From the IMG/VR virus record IMGVR_UViG_3300042564_004142: a stretch of 35,737 nucleotides of DNA; one strand, given 5' to 3'. Position numbers and translations under genes: made by a program. This DNA comes from a virus. A model generated the notes under the pieces. It searched no databases, was not told where the DNA came from, and saw only the letters and a program-made list of their open reading frames with translations. Shown piece by piece: positions 6,192-14,483 of the stretch; the first letter of the stretch is position 1; each line of letters starts with the position of its first letter.

Positions 6192-6600
6192 GTACAACAG
6201 CCAGCGGGTAGATGGGTGGGTCGATGCCCGGCTGGTGCGGTGGGCAGAATGGCGCATGCGGCGCGTCGAAGGCGCACCCTCGGCCTATGGTTGCACGCCA
6301 CTGACCACGCTCATCAAGTACGGCACAAAGCCCGGGCGGTCGAACGACGACACTTGCAGCGGGGTCGAGTTTGGCGACGTGCGCGAGATTATCCAGACGA
6401 ACGAGTTTGTGCTGGGTCTGGAGCTTCGCGCCCAGGAAGTTGTTGCCGGGTACTGGTTAGCTCAGCTTAGCGTGCGCGCCATTGCCGGGCACCTAGGCGC
6501 AGCACCGCAAACCGTGGCCGATACTTTGTCAAGAATCAACGGGCTGGCGTGGTCATGCCTGGGAAGTTCTTATGAGACAATGACAAGCGGGAGGTGTTAA
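6178..6600 (+). CDS. Putative late-gene regulator (Q-antiterminator-like N-terminus, sigma-70 region-4-like HTH)
   Basis: VDARLVRWAEWRMR...AYG is a Q-like motif. C-terminal HTH LSVRAIAGHLGAAPQTVADTLSRI. Last GC-rich early gene before the late operon. Confidence 0.4.
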   Translation: MGKRRYNSQRVDGWVDARLVRWAEWRMRRVEGAPSAYGCTPLTTLIKYGTKPGRSNDDTCSGVEFGDVREIIQTNEFVLGLELRAQEVVAGYWLAQLSVRAIAGHLGAAPQTVADTLSRINGLAWSCLGSSYETMTSGRC

Positions 6601-6602
6601 AA

Positions 6603-7547
6603 GTGAGTAGAACTAGCTTTCAAGTGGTTTATGACGGGTCGGCGCTGGCAGGAAGCACCATTGACGTGCGCGAATTAGCCCCCGCGCTATTAGCTTTTGG
6701 CGATGCTATTGAGCAGGCTAACTTTACGCTGAATGATGGTCGAACTAGCGTAGCTCTTCGCGTAAATGCTTCATTCAAAAGTGGGTGTTTCGGGATTGAC
6801 TTTTCTGTAGTGCAAAGTCTGATGAGTCAGGTAACTTCTTTATTCAAAGAACCGGCTATTGTGACTGCAAAAGAGGTGACGGAGCATCTTGGATTTGTGT
6901 ATGCCAAAGGAACCGCTGCGGTTTGCGGGGTTTTGGTGGTCATTAAATGGCTTCGTAACAGAAAAATAAAACGTATCGTTCTTCTTGACAATGGAATGGC
7001 GCGAATTGAGTTAGATGACGACAAATTGGAAACGGAGCAGCGAACCATTGCTCTATTGAGGAACTACAAGTTGCGGGTAGCCCTTGAGGCTGCAATTACA
7101 AAGCCATTAGATCGTGAAGGATATGAGACCGTTGCAATATCAACGAACCCGGAGCAAGGTTTTTTGACTATAACGAAGTCTGAGCGTAGTTATTATGTTG
7201 CACCGCCAGCAGAAACAGAAGAATTAGCCGATCAAACCACAGAGGCAAATCTTCAATTGGTAAATGTTGCATTCAAGGGCGACAATAAATGGCGTTTTTT
7301 TGATGGTACAACTCAGTTTTATGCTGCGATATTGGATGAACGTTTTGTTCATCGGGTGCAGTCTGGTGAGGAAAATTTTGCTGCGGGTGACATATTGACT
7401 GTCACATTGAGAAAACGTCAATGGCTTGAAGCTGACATTATGAAAGCGGAGCATGAGGTGATTGAAGTGGTCAAGCATCGGCGCGGTATGGCGCAAATCC
7501 CCTTTGTTTTCACCGAAAACAAATCTGACGGAGGATATGACACGTGA
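6603..7547 (+). CDS. Orphan AT-rich protein of unknown function (about 314 aa)
   Basis: A long open frame in stop-rich AT-rich DNA. GGGAGG SD 8 nt upstream of GTG 6603 (track start GTG 6594). One hydrophobic stretch, TAAVCGVLVVIKWL. I recognised no motif. Confidence 0.7.
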   Translation: MSRTSFQVVYDGSALAGSTIDVRELAPALLAFGDAIEQANFTLNDGRTSVALRVNASFKSGCFGIDFSVVQSLMSQVTSLFKEPAIVTAKEVTEHLGFVYAKGTAAVCGVLVVIKWLRNRKIKRIVLLDNGMARIELDDDKLETEQRTIALLRNYKLRVALEAAITKPLDREGYETVAISTNPEQGFLTITKSERSYYVAPPAETEELADQTTEANLQLVNVAFKGDNKWRFFDGTTQFYAAILDERFVHRVQSGEENFAAGDILTVTLRKRQWLEADIMKAEHEVIEVVKHRRGMAQIPFVFTENKSDGGYDT

Positions 7548-7650
7548 AAAAAGATCAAAATCACGCAAAATGAATTTCGACGAGTAATCAGTTTTGTGTA
7601 AAATCCGCTAAACTTTGGCAAAGCTAACGCCGAAACAATCGCAGCACCAC

Positions 7651-7677
7651 AAACCCGCCCAACAGCGGGTTTTTTTA
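7651..7677 (+). terminator. Rho-independent terminator upstream of the late operon (tR'-like position)
   Basis: AAACCCGC-ccaaca-GCGGGTTT followed by TTTT. Confidence 0.8.
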
Positions 7678-7687
7678 TGGGCAAAAC

Positions 7688-8359
7688 GTGGACATTAACG
7701 TACAAAGTAACATCGACCAGGTGATTGCAAGTACGCTGAAGCTCCACCCTCAGTACCGTTTTGCGGTTTCGCTGGCTTTGAACAAGACCGCAAACAAAGT
7801 CAGAGAGCATCAGCAAAACGTGGTGCTGCGTGAAGTGTTTGACAAGCCTACTCAATGGACGCGCAACGCCTTTTACGTTGCACCAGCTAACAAGGCCAGC
7901 TTGCAGGCTACCGTGGGTATCAGACCGTCGCAGGCCGAATACCTGAAATATCAGATATTCGGTGGTAGCAGAGCGCCAAAGAAACAGGCACTGCGGCTGC
8001 CTACTGAAATACAGCTAGACGATTCTGGCAACATTCCGCGCGGTGCCATTAAGAAGCTGGTAGAGCGCGCCAGGGCGGGTAAGCGTTTGACTAAGGGGCA
8101 GGCAAGAAAGCTGGGCGTAAGTAACCGGCTTGACCTGTTCTATGGCGACCCGACTGATGGTAGGCCAGCAGGTCTTTACAAGCGCGTGAATGTGGGTACG
8201 CGCAACGAATCTTTAGTTCCGCTGGTAGTATTTCCGAAGCAGTCGGCCAAGTACAAGAAGCGGTATGACTTCTATGCAACGGTTGAGGCTACGGCGCGCC
8301 GTGAAATAGCGCCTGCCATGCAGGAAGCATGGTCTTATGCGTTGGCAACTTCAAAATGA
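7688..8359 (+). CDS. Hypothetical late protein (223 aa), first gene of the late operon
   Basis: GTG start with consistent GC-rich coding. Basic protein with no recognised motif. Confidence 0.6.
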   Translation: MDINVQSNIDQVIASTLKLHPQYRFAVSLALNKTANKVREHQQNVVLREVFDKPTQWTRNAFYVAPANKASLQATVGIRPSQAEYLKYQIFGGSRAPKKQALRLPTEIQLDDSGNIPRGAIKKLVERARAGKRLTKGQARKLGVSNRLDLFYGDPTDGRPAGLYKRVNVGTRNESLVPLVVFPKQSAKYKKRYDFYATVEATARREIAPAMQEAWSYALATSK

Positions 8360-8433
8360 ATAGGTACTCCCGGCTGCGCTCCATCGGGGGTCATTCGCGG
8401 CCTCGTTTCTCGCGTTTTGTCAGGGTTTTCATT

Positions 8434-8456
8434 AGGGTAGTCACGCCAGGGTAGTC
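8434..8456 (+). repeat. Direct repeat AGGGTAGTC x2, 14-bp period, with a degenerate third copy CAGGGTTTTC at 8421
   Basis: Seen immediately upstream of the small terminase ATG. Possibly terminase/cosB-type binding sites, or simply part of the RBS. Confidence 0.3.
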
Positions 8457-8458
8457 GT

Positions 8459-9037
8459 ATGAGTTTATTAAGCTATCGCGCCTATGCAAGGCACCGGGGT
8501 GTGACGCTGGGGGCAGTACAAAAGGCCATCAAGGCGGGGCGCATTAAAACGGTTACGTCTGAAACCAATGGTCGGCCAATGATCGACCCGGAAAGCGCCG
8601 ACCGCGACTGGGAAGCCAACACTGACGAGTCGAAGCGATCTTTACTGTTCAGCCCGGAAGGTCAGGCCAGCCAGTACACCGCGCCACAGGAACCAGAGAC
8701 TGATGCGCCACTGCCTGATGACAACCAGGCATACCGCGAAGCGCGGGCGCAGCGTGAGCAACTCAAGCTCAAGCGCGAAACGCTGGAACTGCAAGAATTT
8801 GAAGGTTCGCTGATTAACGTCGATGAAGCGCGGCGCATGGCTTTCACGGCGTTTCGCAATTTGCGCGACCAGATATTAAACGTACCGGCACGGGTCAAAG
8901 ACCAGTGCGCGGCCAGTGATGATGCCCTGCATATTGAGCAAATGATTGAGGGGGAATTGTCGGCGGTCTTAGCCGAATTTGACGTGAGCAAAGTGACCCA
9001 GGATGCAGACGAACAAGACGACGAGGATGCCGCTTGA
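8459..9037 (+). CDS. terS: Terminase small subunit (Nu1-like, N-terminal HTH)
   Basis: N-terminal HTH YARHRGVTLGAVQKAIKAGRI. Nu1-like coiled C-terminal half (REARAQREQLKLKRETLELQEFEGSLINVDEARRM). Immediately precedes the large terminase. Confidence 0.7.
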   Translation: MSLLSYRAYARHRGVTLGAVQKAIKAGRIKTVTSETNGRPMIDPESADRDWEANTDESKRSLLFSPEGQASQYTAPQEPETDAPLPDDNQAYREARAQREQLKLKRETLELQEFEGSLINVDEARRMAFTAFRNLRDQILNVPARVKDQCAASDDALHIEQMIEGELSAVLAEFDVSKVTQDADEQDDEDAA

Positions 9038-11006
9038 AAGGTATGCTGCCTCTATCAGCCAGGCGCTAAAGCCTGACAAGCAAATCTGGGTCGATCAATG
9101 GGCAGAGGAAAACCGGGTACTGCCCCCTGATGTGCCTGAACCTGGGCCGTACCGGAACGCTAGAACGCCTTACCTGATCGACATTCAGCGCAGCATGTCG
9201 CCGGGGTCGCGCTACCGCGAGGGCTGGTTCCAGAAACCGCATCAGATCGGCGGGTCGGTTTCAGGCGAAAACATGCTCGGGTCGTGGATATGTAATGCCG
9301 CTGGCTCGATCATGGTGGTGTTTCCTACGCTTGACGATGCGAAGCAATGGGAACTGGCGCGCTTTGAACCCATGCGCTTGAGTACCCCGGCGCTACGGCG
9401 GCGCATTCGTGACAGTGGCACCAAGGGCAGCGACAACACAAAGTTGCGCAAGAAGTTTCCCGGCGGCGTCATGCGGATGGTGGGAGCCAACCGCATTGGC
9501 GCGGTCAAGTCTTCGACCATTCGTTATTTGAAATTTGAAGAGCCAGACGAGTACCCGCAGGCGCTGAAAGACCAGGGCGACGCGGTGGACTTGATTAAAA
9601 AGCGCACAACAAACTTTGGGAACAAGGCCAAGATCTACGGCGACGGCACGCCGACCGTGGAAGGCCGAAGCGCCATTGCAAAAAATTTCCAGCGTGGCGA
9701 TCAGCGTCGCTGGCACCTGCACTGCCCCGACTGCGGCCATGCGCAACACTTGCGCTGGTCTCAGTTGCGCTGGGACGAAGCCGAGCCAGACACGGCACGC
9801 TACGAGTGTGAAGCCTGTTTCTACAAGGGCACTGAAAACGACTGGAAGACCCCGAACTATCGGGCGCGCCGTGCTGACATGACGGAACCCGATTGCAAGC
9901 GCGACGGTTTGGCTTACTGGGAAGCCACGGCCACGGGGGAACCGGGGGTAGCAAGCTGGCACCTGAACGCGCTGGGTGCGCCGGTGGGCTGGCGTCCCTG
10001 GCCGGTGCTGGTCCGCGAGTGGATTGCAGCGCAGTCTGACGCTGAAAAGCTCAAGGTGTTTATTAACAACAACCTGGGCGAAACGTATAACGACACGGTG
10101 CGCAGTGAGGTTGTGGCTGAGCACTTGCAACAGCGTGCCGAGCAGTATGACCTGATGACCTGCCCGGCGGGTGGCCTGGTGTGTGTCGCTGGGGTCGATA
10201 CGCAGGATAACCGGCTGGCTGTGGTCATTCGAGTTTATGGCCGGGGTGAAGAAAGCTGGGGCGTGTGGCATGGTGAAATTCACGGCACCCCCTCGTCCCC
10301 CGAGACCTGGGAAAAACTGCGGGAGTTATTGAGCGCGCCGATTAAGCATGCCAGCGGTCAGATCATGCGGGTCGATGCAGCGGCGATTGACTCGGGCGGT
10401 CATTTCTCGGAGGACGTTTACGCCTTTTGCAAAACCGCTGCGCTGAAAGGCAAAAGCTGGTTTGCTATCAAGGGCGCCAGCACTTATGACGCGCCGAAGC
10501 TGGGGCGGCCTAAGACCATAGAGTTTACCTGGCGCGGCAAGCCGGTTGCCGGTGGTGCACAGGTGCGACTGCTAGGTACGCAAGCGATTAAAAACCTGCT
10601 GGCCGGTCGGCTTGAACTGCAAAAGCCGGGCGCTGGGTATTTGCATTTTCCGCTCGGTTTTGAAGCGGACTATTACAAGCAACTGCGATCTGAGTCGCGG
10701 GTGTGGAAAAAAACAGCAAAAGGCCGCTTGCTGGTGTGGGACAACGAAGGACGACGCAACGAGGCATGGGACTGTGAAGTCTATGCCTATGCAGCGTACT
10801 TGTACTGCATGAGCGGTCGCCACAATGAGCAGGTATTTCGTGAGCGCGAAAAGCTGTTTGCGGCACTACCGCAGGCCGATTTATTTGAGATCAGTGAACC
10901 AGAAAGTGAAGTCAAAACCGATGTGTCGCCCAGGCTGATTCAGCAGTCAATGTTAGCCCGGCAACACGTGCCCAAACCTAAGCGGGGATTCGCCCGTCGA
11001 TATTGA
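9003..11006 (+). CDS. terL: Terminase large subunit, lambda GpA family
   Basis: About 660 aa. GpA-type zinc ribbon HLHCPDCGH...YECEAC. Alternative start at ATG 9027. Confidence 0.85.
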   Translation: MQTNKTTRMPLERYAASISQALKPDKQIWVDQWAEENRVLPPDVPEPGPYRNARTPYLIDIQRSMSPGSRYREGWFQKPHQIGGSVSGENMLGSWICNAAGSIMVVFPTLDDAKQWELARFEPMRLSTPALRRRIRDSGTKGSDNTKLRKKFPGGVMRMVGANRIGAVKSSTIRYLKFEEPDEYPQALKDQGDAVDLIKKRTTNFGNKAKIYGDGTPTVEGRSAIAKNFQRGDQRRWHLHCPDCGHAQHLRWSQLRWDEAEPDTARYECEACFYKGTENDWKTPNYRARRADMTEPDCKRDGLAYWEATATGEPGVASWHLNALGAPVGWRPWPVLVREWIAAQSDAEKLKVFINNNLGETYNDTVRSEVVAEHLQQRAEQYDLMTCPAGGLVCVAGVDTQDNRLAVVIRVYGRGEESWGVWHGEIHGTPSSPETWEKLRELLSAPIKHASGQIMRVDAAAIDSGGHFSEDVYAFCKTAALKGKSWFAIKGASTYDAPKLGRPKTIEFTWRGKPVAGGAQVRLLGTQAIKNLLAGRLELQKPGAGYLHFPLGFEADYYKQLRSESRVWKKTAKGRLLVWDNEGRRNEAWDCEVYAYAAYLYCMSGRHNEQVFREREKLFAALPQADLFEISEPESEVKTDVSPRLIQQSMLARQHVPKPKRGFARRY

Positions 11007-11016
11007 GGAAACAGCT

Positions 11017-11418
11017 ATGCCATTCCAATTTTCCACCGCAGCGCGCAATGCTTCGATTGACGCCATTGAAACTACCATAGGAACAGCACCCACGCTGGAA
11101 ATTCGCAGCGGCACGGTTCCTGCAAGCTGTGCAGCAGCAGACAGCGGCACCGTACTTGCGACCATGACACTGCCATCGGACTGGCTTGCAGCGGCCTCGA
11201 ACGGCTCGAAGACATTGCTCGGCACCTGGCAGGACACCAGTGCCGATGCTACTGGCACCGCCGGGCATTTCCGAATTAAAGTCGGTGCTACCTGCCACAT
11301 TCAGGGAACAGTCACCGCCACTGGCGGTGGTGGTGATATGACGCTGGATAACATCAGTATTGCGTCAGCCCAGCAGGTGACTATTACCAGCTTTACCCTG
11401 ACAGCCGGGGGCGCTTGA
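11017..11418 (+). CDS. Hypothetical virion-module protein (133 aa)
   Basis: GAGGAA SD. Ala/Thr/Gly-rich. Part of a four-gene block inserted between terminase and gpW/portal. Confidence 0.6.
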   Translation: MPFQFSTAARNASIDAIETTIGTAPTLEIRSGTVPASCAAADSGTVLATMTLPSDWLAAASNGSKTLLGTWQDTSADATGTAGHFRIKVGATCHIQGTVTATGGGGDMTLDNISIASAQQVTITSFTLTAGGA

Positions 11419-12977
11419 TGGATGATAATGTCACATTACCCGGCGCGGGTGAGCAGATAGCCACGGAAGATATTGGAGGTGTTCATTATCAATTCTACAA
11501 GCTGACCGATGGGCAGCCTGGTTCAGTCGTTCGTGCGCGCGTTAAAGCGACAAACGCCGACGCTACCGACGCTGGCATTGTTGTTCGCCCCACACCGCAA
11601 GACACATGGTCAGTGAGTTTTACGCGAGTAAGTGCCTCGGCACTCAATAGCCCGGAAATGACACAGCGCAGGCTTGGTACGGGCATGGGCGTTTCGCAGT
11701 CGGCAGGCAATTTAGTAGTGACGACAGGAACAACGGCAAACAGTGAATTTTTAGCACGCTCTACTGTCACATTTAACGGCGCACTTATTGAGCGACACCA
11801 AACTATATTGAGCCAGCGTATTGCCAACAACAACTTCGCGGTATTACTGGCTGACCGTATTGCTGAAGGTGCCTCGTGTACGATTAACAGCGCTACAAGT
11901 ATTACAGTAACAGTTACCGCTCACGGCTTCACTGCGGCAAATGTTGGCCAGTCTATGAATATTGGCGCTATTAACGGCGCAAACGGTGTGCCGGGACGCT
12001 ACGCTATTGCTTCCATTCCGTCGGTCGATGCCATTACTTTCACGGTGGCTGGCTGGCCTGCCTCTGGTTCATGTACTGTTGACCTATTCGGCTGGAACTA
12101 TGTACGGTGGTTGTATTCAGGCACGACTGCCACTGCCGCTGCAATTGATGCTCAGAGATATGGCTGGAACTCTGGCGACACGACAGCGACAATAAACACG
12201 ACGGCTTCGCCGGGTCACATGGCACAGACGGCAATTGACGGTCGAAATATCTATTTTTCTGATACTTTGGTGGCTTCAAGCACTACGCCTGCGGTAGCGG
12301 TACGTGGTCACAGATACGTGAATATTCCCGATGATGAAATCGAGTTATTTATGTACTTATGGGCGTTTAACGGTTCAACGGCTCCAGCTAGCACGACAAC
12401 ATGGACAGTGGGCTTTGTAGCGGTTGAAGATGTTGTAAATACACCTGTTTACTTAGCGGGAATTCGACAGCAAGGTTTTTCATCCCCGCTTTCGGTGGTA
12501 TTTCCGACAGCACAGCCGGTGAGTGGTACGTTTTGGCAGGCCACGCAGCCGGTCTCGTTGGCAACTAATACACCAACACTAGCGGCAGGTACAGCATTAG
12601 CTGCTGACTTTGGTGTTCAATACCGCGCTAGTGCTACTGGTGCAGCATCCTTTGTTTCTGTGCTATCTCCAGCGACACCGGCGTCTGCCACGATCAAAGG
12701 TAGTGCTGGGCGGATTGTAGGGTGGCAATTGCAAAACAGCAGTACCGGCCTTAGATCGGTCAAGGTGTTTAACGCCACCGCACCCACTCTTGGGACAACG
12801 CCAGCCGCGTTCGAAATTGATATCCCGGCGGGCGGGAAAGATGTTGTGCAGCTTCCCGGCGGCATTGCGTTTGCCACCGCAATGACTTACAGCGTCACTG
12901 CCGCAAAAGGATTGACCGATAATACCGCAACGGGCTTGGCGGCTAACGATGTTTCAGGCTCATTCTTCTTCGCATAA
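11415..12977 (+). CDS. Hypothetical large Thr/Ala/Ser-rich protein (520 aa), probably structural
   Basis: ATGA-type coupling to the upstream gene. Beta-rich composition. No recognised motif. Confidence 0.65.
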   Translation: MMDDNVTLPGAGEQIATEDIGGVHYQFYKLTDGQPGSVVRARVKATNADATDAGIVVRPTPQDTWSVSFTRVSASALNSPEMTQRRLGTGMGVSQSAGNLVVTTGTTANSEFLARSTVTFNGALIERHQTILSQRIANNNFAVLLADRIAEGASCTINSATSITVTVTAHGFTAANVGQSMNIGAINGANGVPGRYAIASIPSVDAITFTVAGWPASGSCTVDLFGWNYVRWLYSGTTATAAAIDAQRYGWNSGDTTATINTTASPGHMAQTAIDGRNIYFSDTLVASSTTPAVAVRGHRYVNIPDDEIELFMYLWAFNGSTAPASTTTWTVGFVAVEDVVNTPVYLAGIRQQGFSSPLSVVFPTAQPVSGTFWQATQPVSLATNTPTLAAGTALAADFGVQYRASATGAASFVSVLSPATPASATIKGSAGRIVGWQLQNSSTGLRSVKVFNATAPTLGTTPAAFEIDIPAGGKDVVQLPGGIAFATAMTYSVTAAKGLTDNTATGLAANDVSGSFFFA

Positions 12978-12986
12978 AGGCTAATC

Positions 12987-13253
12987 ATGACTAAGACAGC
13001 AGATTTATCCATTTTAATCCGCGACCCAGAAGGTAATATTATTGGGAACCAAAACGCTATCGGCAGTACTGATGATGACGGCGTTACTGTGGTAATACCT
13101 TTGGGTTATCTAACGGACATTCAAAATGTTCCGTTGAGCGATCTGACGTTCAATGTTATTGCGCCCGCAGTGCCAAAAACGCCGACAGCGGTAGTTAGTC
13201 GCGTTGACGACGTAGAAAACAATATCAGCACTATTGTTTTCGGCTACGAATGA
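12987..13253 (+). CDS. Hypothetical protein (88 aa)
   Basis: AAAGG SD. More AT-rich than its neighbours. Confidence 0.5.
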   Translation: MTKTADLSILIRDPEGNIIGNQNAIGSTDDDGVTVVIPLGYLTDIQNVPLSDLTFNVIAPAVPKTPTAVVSRVDDVENNISTIVFGYE

Positions 13254-13275
13254 GATGTGGCTAACGCTGTAAATC

Positions 13276-13929
13276 ATGCTACTGCTGTTTAACCAGCCAG
13301 CCGGTGGTGGTGGCGCGGTGTCGGGTAGTGCCGCCGGGTCGCTGCTGGTGTCGGGCGCGGCGGCGGCGGTCGTGGCTGTGGCCGGTCTGGCGGCGGGGTC
13401 ATTAGGTTTTTCGGGTGCCAGTACGGGCACCGTGACGGTGACAGCGCAAAGCACGGGCACTCTGCCCCTGAGTGGCGCGGCCACGGGCGCGGTCGGTGCG
13501 GTGCCTGTCACTGGCACGGCCACGGGCACGGTGGCGCTATCTGGCACCGGCACAGGCACGGTTACAGTCACCGCGCAAAGCACGGGCACCCTGCCCTTGA
13601 GTGGCACGGCTTCGGGCGCACTGCCTGTTGTAGCGCAAAGCGCGGGCACCCTGCCCTTGAGTGGCACGGCTTCGGGTGTCGTGGGTTCGGCGCCCGCGCT
13701 GGGTGTGGTGTCGGGCAGTTTGTCGGTATCGGGTTCGGCGGTGGGTCGTTTGCTGGTCGCGGCGCAGGGTCTAGGCACTTTGCCCTTGACCGGCACGGCT
13801 TCGGGTAGCGCTGGCCTGGTGCAATTTACCGCTACCAGTCGCGGCAGGGTGGGTCTGTCTCGCATCGAGGCGATTACTTCCCGCTTAGGCTCTGGTCAGC
13901 TTCGCAAAAAAATGACGAGGATTGAATGA
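13276..13929 (+). CDS. Gly/Thr/Ser/Ala-rich repeat protein (217 aa)
   Basis: Four AQS(T/A)GTLPL(S/T)G(T/A)A(S/T)G repeats. Stop overlaps the next ATG (ATGA). The 251-aa antisense ORF is a GC-rich shadow. Confidence 0.6.
   Translation: MLLLFNQPAGGGGAVSGSAAGSLLVSGAAAAVVAVAGLAAGSLGFSGASTGTVTVTAQSTGTLPLSGAATGAVGAVPVTGTATGTVALSGTGTGTVTVTAQSTGTLPLSGTASGALPVVAQSAGTLPLSGTASGVVGSAPALGVVSGSLSVSGSAVGRLLVAAQGLGTLPLTGTASGSAGLVQFTATSRGRVGLSRIEAITSRLGSGQLRKKMTRIE
13444..13809 (+). repeat. Intragenic repeats: an approximately 48-bp motif starting at 13444, 13573, 13633 and 13762
   Basis: gcgcaaagc(a/g)cgggcac(c/t)ctgccc(c/t)tgagtggc(a/g)cgg... The copies at 13573 and 13633 differ at only a few positions. 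Spacings are 129, 60 and 129 bp. Confidence 0.8.
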
Positions 13930-14483
13930 AATCATCACTGGTAGTAGGTGACAGCCTGAACTTTGTGACTCAGGTGCCCGATTATTTGGCAACCGAGGGC
14001 TGGACATTGAAGTATCGGCTGATACCGCGAAGCGCTGGCGCGTCGATAGAGATATCGGCGGTGGCCGAGGGTGAGTCGTACCGGGTGCAGGTGGCAGCAA
14101 TGACCACGGCAACCTGGTCGGCGGGGGAGTATTCCTGGGCAAGCTGGGTCGAAAAGTCGGGCGAATCTTACTCGCTGGAATCGGGCGCTATTACTTTGGC
14201 ACCGAACCCACGCACGGCCTCGGGTGGCTACGATGCCCGGTCGCTGGCTCAAAAAACGCTGGACGACTTGCGTGCGGCATTTGCTGCCTGGAGTGCCAGC
14301 AGCGGGCGCACGAAGCGCTACAAGATTGGTGAGCGTGAAATGGAGTTCAACAGCGTGACTGACATTATCAAGCTGATGGACTACTGGGAAGGCCAGGTGA
14401 CTCAAGAGCAATTATCGGCTGATCTGGCGCGTGGACTCAAACCGAAAAACCGCATTCTAGTCAGATTCGGACGGCCTTCATGA
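13926..14483 (+). CDS. gpW-like head-tail joining protein with an N-terminal beta-rich extra domain
   Basis: C-terminal LDDLRAAFAAWSASSGRTKRYKIGEREMEFNSVTDIIKLMDYWEGQV matches the lambda gpW pattern. Immediately precedes the portal, as in lambda. Confidence 0.55.
   Translation: MKSSLVVGDSLNFVTQVPDYLATEGWTLKYRLIPRSAGASIEISAVAEGESYRVQVAAMTTATWSAGEYSWASWVEKSGESYSLESGAITLAPNPRTASGGYDARSLAQKTLDDLRAAFAAWSASSGRTKRYKIGEREMEFNSVTDIIKLMDYWEGQVTQEQLSADLARGLKPKNRILVRFGRPS

Noticed and set aside
9393-10283. Long antisense ORFs opposite the late genes. Examples: 9393..10283, 13110..13865, 15467..16240, 17157..18206, 21202..21879, 22381..22926, 24405..25049, 24967..25752.
   Set aside because: Their products are Arg/Pro/Ser/His-rich low-complexity sequences. 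They lie opposite genes with clear homology motifs and tight translational coupling. They are the usual shadow ORFs of GC-rich DNA.
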